IMG/VR virus record: IMGVR_UViG_2870490042_000002
Length of the DNA: 36,250 nucleotides
From: a virus
Lineage: Duplodnaviria > Heunggongvirae > Uroviricota > Caudoviricetes
Strand: one strand, 5' to 3'
This document shows positions 1 to 8,573 of the stretch, one piece after another; positions within the stretch are counted from its first letter, which is position 1; every line of letters starts with the position of its first letter. Below the pieces are notes generated by a model. It was not told the DNA's origin. It saw only the letters and a list, made by a program, of their open reading frames with translations, and did no database searches. Position numbers and translations under genes: made by a program.

Positions 1-318
1 ATGAAAAAGATAGCTGCTATATCATTAATTAGTATTTTTATTATGTCTGGTTGTGCTGTGCATAATGATGAGACAAGTATCGGTAAATTTGGTCTTGCAT
101 ATAAAAGTAATATTCAGCGTAAACTCGATAACCAATACTACACCGAAGCCGAAGCTTCTTTAGCCAGGGGTAGAATATCTGGTGCAGAAAATATAGTAAA
201 AAATGATGCAACTCATTTCTGTGTTACTCAGGGCAAAAAAATGCAAATAGTTGAGCTGAAGACAGAAGGTGTAGGATTACATGGTGTCGCTCGTCTGACA
301 TTCAAATGTGGAGAGTGA
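1..318 (+). CDS. Putative small lipoprotein (105 aa), AT-rich, lying just outside attL
   Basis: ORF track 1..318. N-terminus MKKIAAISLISIFIMSGC has a signal peptide and lipobox-like SGC. Position matches the yegR-like gene next to the P2 remnant in E. coli K-12 as recalled from memory, not verified. Confidence 0.5.
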   Translation: MKKIAAISLISIFIMSGCAVHNDETSIGKFGLAYKSNIQRKLDNQYYTEAEASLARGRISGAENIVKNDATHFCVTQGKKMQIVELKTEGVGLHGVARLTFKCGE

Positions 319-470
319 GAATATTTTTTGGTAAGCGTCAAATATGCGCGTTCTGGCTGTGCGTAGCCGGAACCTGTGGGAGCACGATGCCGATAAGTGA
401 AAGGCATCGTGCTATGAAGGAGGATTCTATCGATGTGGTCAATGGAAGACGGTTACCAGAGATAGGGCTT

Positions 471-499
471 ATGCATAAAAAAATAAGCCCGTGTAAGGG
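471..499. repeat. attL core: direct repeat of the cyaR 3' end (AAAAAATAAGCCCGTGTAAGGG)
   Basis: 22-bp exact repeat at 478-499 and 34718-34739, preceded by ATGCA in both copies. Matches the P2 att core as recalled. Two TGTGGACA arm-type repeats lie at 593-610 on the int side. Confidence 0.6.
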
Positions 500-583
500 C
501 GTTTATATACCCTTACAACAGGGGCTTTCAGCGGTGCAATGCGGGTTTGCGCGGCACGCAAGACCACTGAAAGCCATAATAAA

Positions 584-1597
584 CTACCCTACTGTGGACA
601 CTGTGTGGACACTCTGAGAGCCAACACCACCACGTAGAGGATTAAGCGTTATCGCGTCCTGTAGGTACTCAGGGGCGAAGTGCGCATATGTCATTGTCTG
701 CTCAATTCTTGAATGCCCAAGTATTCTCTGAAGCGTGATAATGTTGCCTCCGTTTATCATAAAGTGCGTGGCGAAGCTGTGCCGCAATGCGTGCGTAGCC
801 TGACCCGGTGGTAGGTCGGGTTTCAGCTCCTTCATTAGCCGTCTGAACGCGGGATAGTTAGCATCAGTGAACAGATAGCCACGCTTACCCGTTGTGATCA
901 TTGTTGCCAGTTCCTCGGATATAGGAACGGTTCGCGGCTTGTTGGTTTTTGTCTTAACGAAAGTGACGCGATTTTGAATGATATTTTCCGCTTTCAGTTT
1001 TGCTGCCTCACTCCATCTCGCGCCGGTGCTAAGGCAAAGAATCGCAATTTTTTTATTATCACCGTCCACTTTTGACAGCAGAAGCGCGATCTCCTCTTGC
1101 GTCAGGTAGCCGGTTTCTGGCTTATCCTCTTTGAGTCTTTTAAGACCTCGGAAAGGATGCTCCCCGAAAAATAGCTCCGCATCTATCAACGCGGTAAACA
1201 TCCCGCTAAGACACGTTAAATCACGATTTATACTCGATGGCTTGATGCCTTGAGAACGCCGCACAGTGCTGTATTGGCTTATCAATGACTTAGTAATCTG
1301 AAAGGCACAAGGGTCACTGGTTATCTTTGTGAACAACTCTAACTTGCCCAGGTAATCTCGGCCGTGAGTTTCATACTTGCCTTTCAGCTCCCACCAGATT
1401 TTTGTTAGCTCTGACAGATGCCGCTTATCTGTCGGTTTCGCCAACCATTCTTTGTTGTGATGGTTGTACTGGGTATGCTTCTCGAAAGCGATAGCTTCGC
1501 TTTTCTTGTCAAATTTCCTGCGGATGCGCTTTCCGTTGCGCCCTGCAGGTCTAATGTCCACTTCATAACGACCATCATCGAGCTTTTTAACAGACAT
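584..1597 (-). CDS. int: Tyrosine integrase, P2 Int-like (337 aa)
   Basis: ORF 584..1630 trimmed to the internal start MSVKKLDDGRYEVDIRP. Near-colinear with P2 Int as recalled, including C-terminal HALRHSFATHFM...LGHSRIEQTMTYAHF (catalytic R, H-x-x-R, Y). Confidence 0.9.
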   Translation of the reverse strand: MSVKKLDDGRYEVDIRPAGRNGKRIRRKFDKKSEAIAFEKHTQYNHHNKEWLAKPTDKRHLSELTKIWWELKGKYETHGRDYLGKLELFTKITSDPCAFQITKSLISQYSTVRRSQGIKPSSINRDLTCLSGMFTALIDAELFFGEHPFRGLKRLKEDKPETGYLTQEEIALLLSKVDGDNKKIAILCLSTGARWSEAAKLKAENIIQNRVTFVKTKTNKPRTVPISEELATMITTGKRGYLFTDANYPAFRRLMKELKPDLPPGQATHALRHSFATHFMINGGNIITLQRILGHSRIEQTMTYAHFAPEYLQDAITLNPLRGGVGSQSVHTVSTVG

Positions 1598-1693
1598 AAA
1601 GCCTCCCGATGATGTTACTGCGTACTTCAATTTCCTGATTTAAATAACAAAAACTCACCGTGCATTTACTGCACAGATAAGCACCGTAAATGG

Positions 1694-1990
1694 TTAGCCA
1701 GTTTTCTGGTCTGAGTGGGGTGACGTTGTTGTCTGCTGCCCAAAGTGCGCGAGAGCCGGTGCAATCTGCCCAGCTTCTGGTGATATCGTCTCAGTCATGA
1801 ACCACATGGTATATTTTTTGAACTGTGGATGATTCAAAATCTTCATCACTGCTTGTATGCCCATATCTTTTACTCCCTTCTCATAACTAGAAAGAGAGCT
1901 ATACGGAACTCCAGTTAAGTCACTGAATTCTTTTCTATTCATACGTTCCGACTCACGCATGATGGCCAGCTTCTCGTTGACGGGTATCAT
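1694..1990 (-). CDS. C: Immunity repressor, P2 C-like (99 aa)
   Basis: ORF 1694..2077 trimmed to MIPVNEKLAIMRESE. HTH segment FSDLTGVPYSSLSSYEKG and C-terminus GQIAPALAHFGQQTTTSPHSDQKTG match P2 C as recalled. Divergent from cox. Confidence 0.85.
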   Translation of the reverse strand: MIPVNEKLAIMRESERMNRKEFSDLTGVPYSSLSSYEKGVKDMGIQAVMKILNHPQFKKYTMWFMTETISPEAGQIAPALAHFGQQTTTSPHSDQKTG

Positions 1991-2125
1991 CGTAATTAAC
2001 ACTCCACTATTGATAGAAAAACGATAACGGAGTAATATTCGCTTCGTTACCGCAGATTTATGGCTCCAATATGGCAATTAAAAGCCATTAGGAGCAATTA
2101 AAACACTAACGAGGAATAGTCACAA
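1991..2125. promoter_or_regulatory. Immunity switch region between C and cox (expected Pc/Pe promoters and operators)
   Basis: 135-bp AT-rich gap between divergently oriented C and cox. Assignment by position only; no individual promoter hexamers called. Confidence 0.4.
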
Positions 2126-2401
2126 ATGAATAGGGTCATTGAGAGCGCGAGCGACGCGGTTCCGTATCAGGAGTTTGCGCGTCTTATTGGTAAAACCCCT
2201 GCTGCTGTCAAAGGGATGATTGAGAAAGGCAAACTACCGATAGTTGAGATGACTGATCCGCAGTCTACAAGTGGGAGAGCAGGGGAATACTGGGTATATC
2301 TGCCAGCATGGAACAAAGGCATGAAGATGGCCTATGACAGTCGCCCTAAAGAAATTCGTGATGGTTGGTTGATGTGGTTGGGATTAGGTGAACCAGCATA
2401 A
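2126..2401 (+). CDS. cox: Cox-like regulatory protein/excisionase (91 aa)
   Basis: 91-aa ORF immediately after C in divergent orientation. Same size and position as P2 Cox. Confidence 0.75.
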   Translation: MNRVIESASDAVPYQEFARLIGKTPAAVKGMIEKGKLPIVEMTDPQSTSGRAGEYWVYLPAWNKGMKMAYDSRPKEIRDGWLMWLGLGEPA

Positions 2402-2411
2402 GGAGCCAGAA

Positions 2412-2582
2412 ATGAAAGAGCCACGTTGTATAGCTCAGTTACTGCGTAACGAAAGTCCACGCCCGATGAAGTTCAACATCACTCATGGTAAAGGGCGTAA
2501 AGGCATCATCATCCGCACTCGCAAGCCTGGATTTATTGCTATGGCTAAACGCTTTATGAAATCCCGAGGGATATCGTTATGA
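2412..2582 (+). CDS. Small hypothetical protein (P2 orf78 position)
   Basis: ORF 2388..2582 trimmed to the ATG at 2412, which has an AGGAG Shine-Dalgarno at 2401-2405. Basic 56-aa product. Confidence 0.45.
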   Translation: MKEPRCIAQLLRNESPRPMKFNITHGKGRKGIIIRTRKPGFIAMAKRFMKSRGISL

Positions 2583-3079
2583 CGGTTATGACTCTTGCAT
2601 TAGTTCAAAAACAACCTGCAGCTCTACGCGTCGTTATAGGAAAGCATCTTGCGGAACCTCGCTGGCACGATACCTGTGATTTTTATAATCAGATGATGGA
2701 GCGTGACCGCTTGACTGTCTGTTTTCATGCTCGGTTAAAACAGCGTCACGCAGTAATGCACTTTGAAGAAATGAATGATGTCGACCGCGAACGTCTGGCT
2801 TGTGCTATCGATGAGCTGCGCGCTGCTTTTTCAAAACGTCGTCAGGTTGGCGCAAGTGAATCTGCATATATTAGTTTTCTAACGGTGGGTCAGCGCCGCT
2901 CTTTATTTCTACACGCGGGATTGAGTGAGGTCGAGTTCAATCAGCCTTACTGGCGCATTGACGAAGATGCTTGTTATTGGCGAGAGAAACTATTCCGCGC
3001 TTTGCGTGAGCTTTTTGGGTTATTTGAACACGCGCCAACGATATTAACCTCGGTAAAGCCTGAGCAGTATTTACATTAA
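2579..3079 (+). CDS. B: Replication protein B-like (166 aa)
   Basis: 166 aa, same length and position as P2 gpB. Start overlaps the upstream stop. Confidence 0.8.
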   Translation: MTVMTLALVQKQPAALRVVIGKHLAEPRWHDTCDFYNQMMERDRLTVCFHARLKQRHAVMHFEEMNDVDRERLACAIDELRAAFSKRRQVGASESAYISFLTVGQRRSLFLHAGLSEVEFNQPYWRIDEDACYWREKLFRALRELFGLFEHAPTILTSVKPEQYLH

Positions 3080-3145
3080 TTAATCTGGATTCGTTTTATT
3101 ACACGCCTTACTGCGTGGGGATTCCTTTTGTCTGGAGATAGGCAA

Positions 3146-3364
3146 ATGCATAAACAAAATAAAGTGCCGACGTGTGTGCTCTCGGTACATCTGGCGCAAG
3201 CGTTGCGCGATGCGCAGCTCGATACCGCGACCCGTTTATCCTCTCATTTTGATCGCCTAATTGCGCACATCAGTAAGTTAGAACTCAACCGCACCGAGAT
3301 CATCGAGCTATTGGGGCAAGAGTCCGAAAAATTGCACAACTCAATTTTTCATTGTGCTTGCTAA
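3146..3364 (+). CDS. Hypothetical early-region protein
   Basis: ORF 3128..3364 starts on TTG; the internal ATG at 3146 is preceded by GGAGATAGG. Position equals P2 orf80-82. Confidence 0.45.
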   Translation: MHKQNKVPTCVLSVHLAQALRDAQLDTATRLSSHFDRLIAHISKLELNRTEIIELLGQESEKLHNSIFHCAC

Positions 3365-3386
3365 TCAATTTTAGAAGGAGACAAAA

Positions 3387-3662
3387 ATGAGTATCCGTAT
3401 CGAGATAAATCATCAGTATGTAGTTACAAGCGATCGCTACCAGTTCATTTTGCAGGAAAAGAAAGTGGCGACTGCTGGAAAAAATAAAGGTAGCGAATGG
3501 CTTGATACTGTCGGGTATTACCCGACGATTCAAAAACTGATTTCTGGTCTGGTGCTACATGACCTTTTAAATGGCGGTGCTGATAGTTTTGCGGCGTTGG
3601 GTGAGCAGGTCGAGCAGTTGGGACTGCAATGTCAGACCGCGTTTTGTGCTGATGGCCGTTGA
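3387..3662 (+). CDS. Hypothetical early-region protein (91 aa)
   Basis: Strong RBS AGAAGGAGA upstream. 3' end overlaps the start of gene A by 11 nt. Confidence 0.55.
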   Translation: MSIRIEINHQYVVTSDRYQFILQEKKVATAGKNKGSEWLDTVGYYPTIQKLISGLVLHDLLNGGADSFAALGEQVEQLGLQCQTAFCADGR

Positions 3663-5943
3663 GACTCGGGGGCGTATTGCCCCCTCGCTAGCCCTGCCAA
3701 TATCTAAGCGCACCGGCGATACTTTCGTTGGTGCTTATCCCTGGAATGCTCCCCGCGCTGCCATTGGCCGTGACAGACCCCTTACACGTGCCGAATTCCG
3801 TCAGGTGCAAGGTGTTTTATACCGGATTGACCGCCTGCCTTTCTTTCTTAAGACGTTGTTTACTTCCCGTTATAACTTCATTCGTCGCACAAAGAGCCCG
3901 CTCGGGGCGCTCTATTTCCTGAAAAACACCTTTGAGCGGAAGCTGTTGCCGCGTCTTGAGCGCGTTAACGAGCTGTGCGGGATGAATGAATCTGCGTCGA
4001 TTGGTTTCTTGTCTGAGCGTGACGAATATGCGCGCTTGCCTGATATGAATGACAAAGAGCTGAAAAAATTTGCGGCCAGAATTGCCGCGCAGCTCTGGCG
4101 TAAATACGAGGAACTCAGCGACGAATGGGCTGAGGCATTCGGCGGTAAAGAGACCCTTTTCACCGATGAGGCGCAGGTGCACATATATGGTCAGGTGGCT
4201 GGTGTTGCACGCGCGTTCAACTTAACCCCGCTCTACTGGAAAAAATACCGTAAGGGTCAGATAACGATCCGCATGGCGTTTTCCGCTATTTCCCGTCTGA
4301 TAAAAGATGATTGGTGGGTTAACCAGCTCAAGGCGCAGCGTATGCGCTGGCGCGAGGCGCTGCTTATCGCTGCCGGTGAAGTCAACAAAGACCGTTCACC
4401 TTACGCCAGCAAAATGGCGATCCGCGAGGTTCACTCGCGCCGGCTGGCTAATCTCGAATACCTGAAATCCTGTGAGCTGGAAAACAAAGTTACCGGCGAA
4501 CGTATCGACCTCATCAGTAAAGTCATGGGGAGTATTTCAAACCCTGAAATACGCCGTATGGAGCTGATGAACACCATTGCCGGAATTGAACGCTATGCGG
4601 CCAGCGTTGGTGATGTGGGAATGTTTATCACGCTGACCACGCCGTCGAAGTATCACCCGACCCGACAGGTCGGCAAAGGTGACAGCAAAACGGTGCAGCT
4701 CAATCACGGCTGGAACGAAACCGCATTCACCCCTAAAAACGGCCAGCGCTATCTGTGCCGAATCTGGAGCCTGATGCGTACCGCTTTCAAAGATAACGAT
4801 TTGGAAGTGTATGGGATGCGCGTTGTCGAGCCGCACCACGACGGCACGCCACACTGGCATATGATGCTTTTTTGCAAACTCAGTCAGCGTAAAGCTATCA
4901 ACGAAATTATGCGTCGTTATGCCCTCAAAGAGGACGGACGCGAAAAGGGCGCGGCAAAACAGCGCTTTGAGTCGCGTCACCTTAATCAGGGGGGCGCGGC
5001 GGGTTATATCGCCAAATACATTGCCAAAAATATCGACGGCTACGCGCTTGACGGTCAGCTCGATCACGATACCGGCAAATCTCTGAAAGATACGGCCGCA
5101 GCCGTAACCGCATGGGCGTCTACATGGCGTATCCCTCAGTTTAAACCGATTGGCCTCCCGACAATGGGCGCTTACCGCGAACTGCGTAAGCTGCCGCGCG
5201 GGGTGAGTATCGCCAGCGAGTTTGACGACCGTGTCGAGGCCGTCCGGGCTGCTGCAGATGAGGGGGAATTTGACCTGTACATCAGCGCGCAGGGTGGGGC
5301 AAACATGCAGCGTGATGCTCAGGCGGTCAGGGTCGCCCGTAAGGTGACGGATGAGGTAAACGAATACGAGGAGGATATCGAGAAAGTGGTCGGTATTTAT
5401 GCCCCTCATCTTGGGGTGAGCCGCGTACATGTAACCCGTACAGCGGAATGGCGCATAGTTCCAAAGGTTTTGGCCGTTGAGCCTTTGACCTTAAAAAGCG
5501 GCTTTGCCGCGCCTCGGAGTCCTGTCAATAACTGTGGAAAGCTTGCCGACGGTGGCGATCCAGTTATGACACCTACACCGTCTGAGCAAGCCGCAGCGGT
5601 GTTAAATTTGATTGAGGCCGGGGTTATCGGCTGGAATGAGCCAGACGTCATGAAGGTTCTTAACGGCGCGTTAAAAGCTGGCGCACCTCGCAATAATCGC
5701 CAGCAAAGAAGCAATGCGCCACTCAAAACGAGCGAGCAAGCTCCATCAGCCAGGATGACAAAACCAGAAAGGGATCGCGTGGCGAAAATTCGTTTCGATT
5801 TGGCTCAGGAGGGCATTACCCCGGAACGGTGGGCGCTCGAAGCGCTGGCGCGTGGGGCAACGGTGATTTATGGCGATAAAAAAATCAAATACGCGGCTGC
5901 TGATGAGTGGCCGGGATTCTCAATTCAAGAGGAGCAGAATTAA
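3652..5943 (+). CDS. A: Rolling-circle replication initiator endonuclease, P2 gpA-like (763 aa)
   Basis: ORF 3571..5943 trimmed to MAVETRGR (P2 A starts MAVKASGR as recalled). Long colinear blocks include EPHHDGTPHWHMM and GGAAGYIAKYIAKNIDGY. Confidence 0.9.
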   Translation: MAVETRGRIAPSLALPISKRTGDTFVGAYPWNAPRAAIGRDRPLTRAEFRQVQGVLYRIDRLPFFLKTLFTSRYNFIRRTKSPLGALYFLKNTFERKLLPRLERVNELCGMNESASIGFLSERDEYARLPDMNDKELKKFAARIAAQLWRKYEELSDEWAEAFGGKETLFTDEAQVHIYGQVAGVARAFNLTPLYWKKYRKGQITIRMAFSAISRLIKDDWWVNQLKAQRMRWREALLIAAGEVNKDRSPYASKMAIREVHSRRLANLEYLKSCELENKVTGERIDLISKVMGSISNPEIRRMELMNTIAGIERYAASVGDVGMFITLTTPSKYHPTRQVGKGDSKTVQLNHGWNETAFTPKNGQRYLCRIWSLMRTAFKDNDLEVYGMRVVEPHHDGTPHWHMMLFCKLSQRKAINEIMRRYALKEDGREKGAAKQRFESRHLNQGGAAGYIAKYIAKNIDGYALDGQLDHDTGKSLKDTAAAVTAWASTWRIPQFKPIGLPTMGAYRELRKLPRGVSIASEFDDRVEAVRAAADEGEFDLYISAQGGANMQRDAQAVRVARKVTDEVNEYEEDIEKVVGIYAPHLGVSRVHVTRTAEWRIVPKVLAVEPLTLKSGFAAPRSPVNNCGKLADGGDPVMTPTPSEQAAAVLNLIEAGVIGWNEPDVMKVLNGALKAGAPRNNRQQRSNAPLKTSEQAPSARMTKPERDRVAKIRFDLAQEGITPERWALEALARGATVIYGDKKIKYAAADEWPGFSIQEEQN

Positions 5944-6401
5944 TGAGCAAAATCCATGAGTTAAAAATTGCACCTGAGTATTTTAACTCTGTGATATCTC
6001 AGGAAAAACGTGCTGAATTTCGTCTCAATGACCGCGATTATTCTAGCGGTGATATTCTCGGGTTGCATGAATGGGAACCGGTAAACAGATATACCGGGAA
6101 ACGTGTATCAGTGAGGGTGACAAACGTTACGGATTTATCTGAATGGGCGGAAAATTATGTGATGCTGAGTTTTCAGTTAATGATGCCAGATGTCCAGTGC
6201 GGTATGTCCCTAATGAACTGGAAAGAGTTAAGCGAGAAGGGGCTTGTTTTCAGAGTTAATCACGAAATTCTACACCCGTTAGGGCTGGCTATTAGATATG
6301 AAACACTTAACAGCGTTTCTGGTAGGGCTTACATCGCTGATGATGGTGTCTGGCAATATTCCGACAAGTTGGTCGCAGATGCTAAAAAAATGGGTGGTTA
6401 A
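5943..6401 (+). CDS. DUF3850/ASCH-like (PUA-fold) protein with an about 80-aa C-terminal extension
   Basis: ATG at 5943 overlaps the gene A stop (TAATG). N-terminus MSKIHELKIAPEYFNSVISQEKRAEFRLNDRDYSSGDILGL matches the DUF3850 pattern as recalled. Confidence 0.6.
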   Translation: MSKIHELKIAPEYFNSVISQEKRAEFRLNDRDYSSGDILGLHEWEPVNRYTGKRVSVRVTNVTDLSEWAENYVMLSFQLMMPDVQCGMSLMNWKELSEKGLVFRVNHEILHPLGLAIRYETLNSVSGRAYIADDGVWQYSDKLVADAKKMGG

Positions 6402-6402
6402 A

Positions 6403-6642
6403 ATGAGTCATATGCGAATGATGCCAGTGCCGCCGATACATTCAACGCAAAACATTAAGCTGATGGCCGTCGTACATCGCCTGCAACAAATTATGATTAA
6501 CGAGAATCTGACCCCTGACGAACTGGTCGGGTGTGCCGGTGTCGTCCGGGATAATCACCGCAAATACAGCGATATCAGCAATCCGAAAATTGAGGCGTTT
6601 CGGCCACCAAATATGGCAAAGCCACCACCGCGTCGACCATAG
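6403..6642 (+). CDS. Possible small ORF (79 aa), hypothetical
   Basis: ATG 2 nt after the upstream stop. No recognisable motif and only a weak RBS; could be non-coding packaging sequence. Confidence 0.2.
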   Translation: MSHMRMMPVPPIHSTQNIKLMAVVHRLQQIMINENLTPDELVGCAGVVRDNHRKYSDISNPKIEAFRPPNMAKPPPRRP

Positions 6643-6924
6643 CAAACGCCGCCGGTGCTGAAACTTGTTTTCAGTGCCAGCGGTGTTGAGCAACGAGCCC
6701 CGCGAGACGTTAGCCTGCACCGTAGAGACCACCCCCAACCGGCACGATTAAAGTCGGTTTTATTATGCAATTTTCCCACAATTTCCCGGTTTTTTAGCCG
6801 TGCATGCAACAGGTGCATTTTTTTGCATGCGTTGGGGATGCCTGTTCTGGCCGCGCGCCGCCAGAGCAGGCGCGGATCCAGAGTGGTCATGCAACTGCAT
6901 TAAAAACGACCCATAAAGCGGGCA

Positions 6925-6943
6925 GGCGAGGCGGGGTAAGCAT
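6925..6943. other. cos site (19-nt cohesive-end sequence GGCGAGGCGGGGTAAGCAT)
   Basis: 17 of 19 identity to the P2 cohesive end GGCGAGGCGGGGAAAGCAC as recalled. Located on the Q side of the packaging genes. Confidence 0.6.
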
Positions 6944-7014
6944 TGCGCGCGCCTGTCAAAGATATTAAGATTGTCTCAAAATCGATTGATTTTATTGAAC
7001 TAATGGAGCTAGGA

Positions 7015-8571
7015 ATGATTAAGGGTATAGGTCTTCAAAACTTCAGGAGCTTTGTCAACAAAACGTTTATTGATTTAAAACCAATTACAGTATTTGTTGG
7101 TAAGAACAGCAGTGGTAAAAGTTCCCTATTGCGCACATTTCCTTTACTTCGTCAATCTGTAGAAGAAAATACTACTGGCCCAATACTATGGTATGGGAGA
7201 TATGTGGATTTTGGCGATTTTACAGATGTACTTTCCCGAAAGTCTGAAAAAAAAGAAATTACGTTTAGTTTTTCACTCTCAATTCCGCCAGAGGTTTCAC
7301 AAAGATATACATATTATCGTTCTACTGATTTAGCAAAGCAACCAACAGATATTGAAGCAGAGTTAACTGTTTACTCTAAAGATAAAAAAACAAAAACGAA
7401 AACGATTAAGCTTATATTGGCTGATTTAACAATATTTATTTCAATGGATGAGAGTAGTAATGTTAAATTACTCATTGAATCAGATGATAAAACAATAGAG
7501 CGTGATGGGATAATAGCTAAAAATCTTGGGCAGTTCATACCAAATCTAATTTTGAAGGGTAAGGAAGACAGTCCTCCTCCAAGCACATCATTCTATTTGA
7601 GACATTCTAGGCATGACAGGGCGTTAGAATTGTCATTTATTGATTCAGCGGCGAAATATATAAAGAAATATTTCCATACTAAATCTGATATAAATCAAGT
7701 GACAGAGGCATTCAAAAGAATTGGCTTTATACCCAAAGCGTACGCTAGTAAATTAGTTGCTTTTCTATTTAAGGAACAAAAAGTTTTTAGTAGAAACTTT
7801 GAATTTCAACATGATGAAATAATGAATGAGTTATATCCATTTATAATTGGATGGAATATTAATAATCTTATAGATATAATAAATACATCCTTGTCAGATT
7901 CATTCAGAAATGTAAAGTACATAGCTCCACTGCGTGCTACATCAGAAAGATTTTATCGTTTTCAAGATTTACAGGTTAATGAGATAGATCATACTGGTTC
8001 CAATCTTGCAATGCTTTTGAATTCATTAAGACCGGCTGATAAATCAAAATTTGAAGATTGGACAAAGTTAAATTTTGATTTCATTATCAAGGTTGAACAA
8101 AGTGGCTCTCACTTTGCAATTTTAATAAATACCGGTGAAAATAGTGAGAACTATAATGTTAGTGATATGGGGTTTGGTTATTCTCAGGTTTTGCCGATAG
8201 TTACAGCCATTTGGCTTGAGACAGAACGTCGTGCTACCACGGTTAGAAAACCTATAACATTTATCATTGAGCAGCCAGAATTGCATTTACATCCGTCATA
8301 TCAGCATAATTTAGCAAGTATTTTTGCAAAAGTAGTAACTAAAGCAAAAGAAAATAATGTAGATTTGAAGATAATTTTTGAGACACATAGCCAGACCATG
8401 ATTGAAGCACTTGGTGAATATATTGAGGAAAATGAAAGTCTTTCACAGGATGATATTTCAATACTGGTATTTGAAAAAGATGATAAGCAGCAGACTATAG
8501 TTAAGAAATCTTATTTTGACGAGAATGGTTTCCTAAAAAATTGGCCGGTTGGCTTTTTCTCGGGTAAGTAG
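7015..8571 (+). CDS. ABC/OLD-type ATPase (AAA_15/AAA_21-like), AriA-like candidate
   Basis: ORF 6943..8571 trimmed to ATG 7015 (RBS GGAG at 7004-7007; the longer ORF would run through cos). Walker A VFVGKNSSGKSS, Walker B-like FIIEQPELHLHP, H-loop FETHS. AT-rich. Confidence 0.8.
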   Translation: MIKGIGLQNFRSFVNKTFIDLKPITVFVGKNSSGKSSLLRTFPLLRQSVEENTTGPILWYGRYVDFGDFTDVLSRKSEKKEITFSFSLSIPPEVSQRYTYYRSTDLAKQPTDIEAELTVYSKDKKTKTKTIKLILADLTIFISMDESSNVKLLIESDDKTIERDGIIAKNLGQFIPNLILKGKEDSPPPSTSFYLRHSRHDRALELSFIDSAAKYIKKYFHTKSDINQVTEAFKRIGFIPKAYASKLVAFLFKEQKVFSRNFEFQHDEIMNELYPFIIGWNINNLIDIINTSLSDSFRNVKYIAPLRATSERFYRFQDLQVNEIDHTGSNLAMLLNSLRPADKSKFEDWTKLNFDFIIKVEQSGSHFAILINTGENSENYNVSDMGFGYSQVLPIVTAIWLETERRATTVRKPITFIIEQPELHLHPSYQHNLASIFAKVVTKAKENNVDLKIIFETHSQTMIEALGEYIEENESLSQDDISILVFEKDDKQQTIVKKSYFDENGFLKNWPVGFFSGK

Positions 8572-8573
8572 TT

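Noticed and set aside
471-499. tRNA gene at the integration site
   Set aside because: No cloverleaf-compatible sequence was seen adjacent to either att core; the target is the sRNA gene cyaR.
3571-3651. N-terminal extensions of gene A (from 3571) and gene W (from 20893)
   Set aside because: The extensions overlap upstream genes and are not found in P2 homologues as recalled; internal starts give the expected lengths.
4537-5430. 297-aa ORF on the reverse strand inside gene A
   Set aside because: Entirely antisense to the well-supported replication gene A, with no recognisable motif; typical spurious antisense ORF in GC-rich coding sequence.
6943-7014. Longer N-terminal extension of the ATPase gene starting at 6943
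   Set aside because: It would begin inside the cos sequence and lacks an RBS; the ATG at 7015 has a GGAG Shine-Dalgarno and gives a typical ATPase N-terminus (MIKGIGLQNFRSF).
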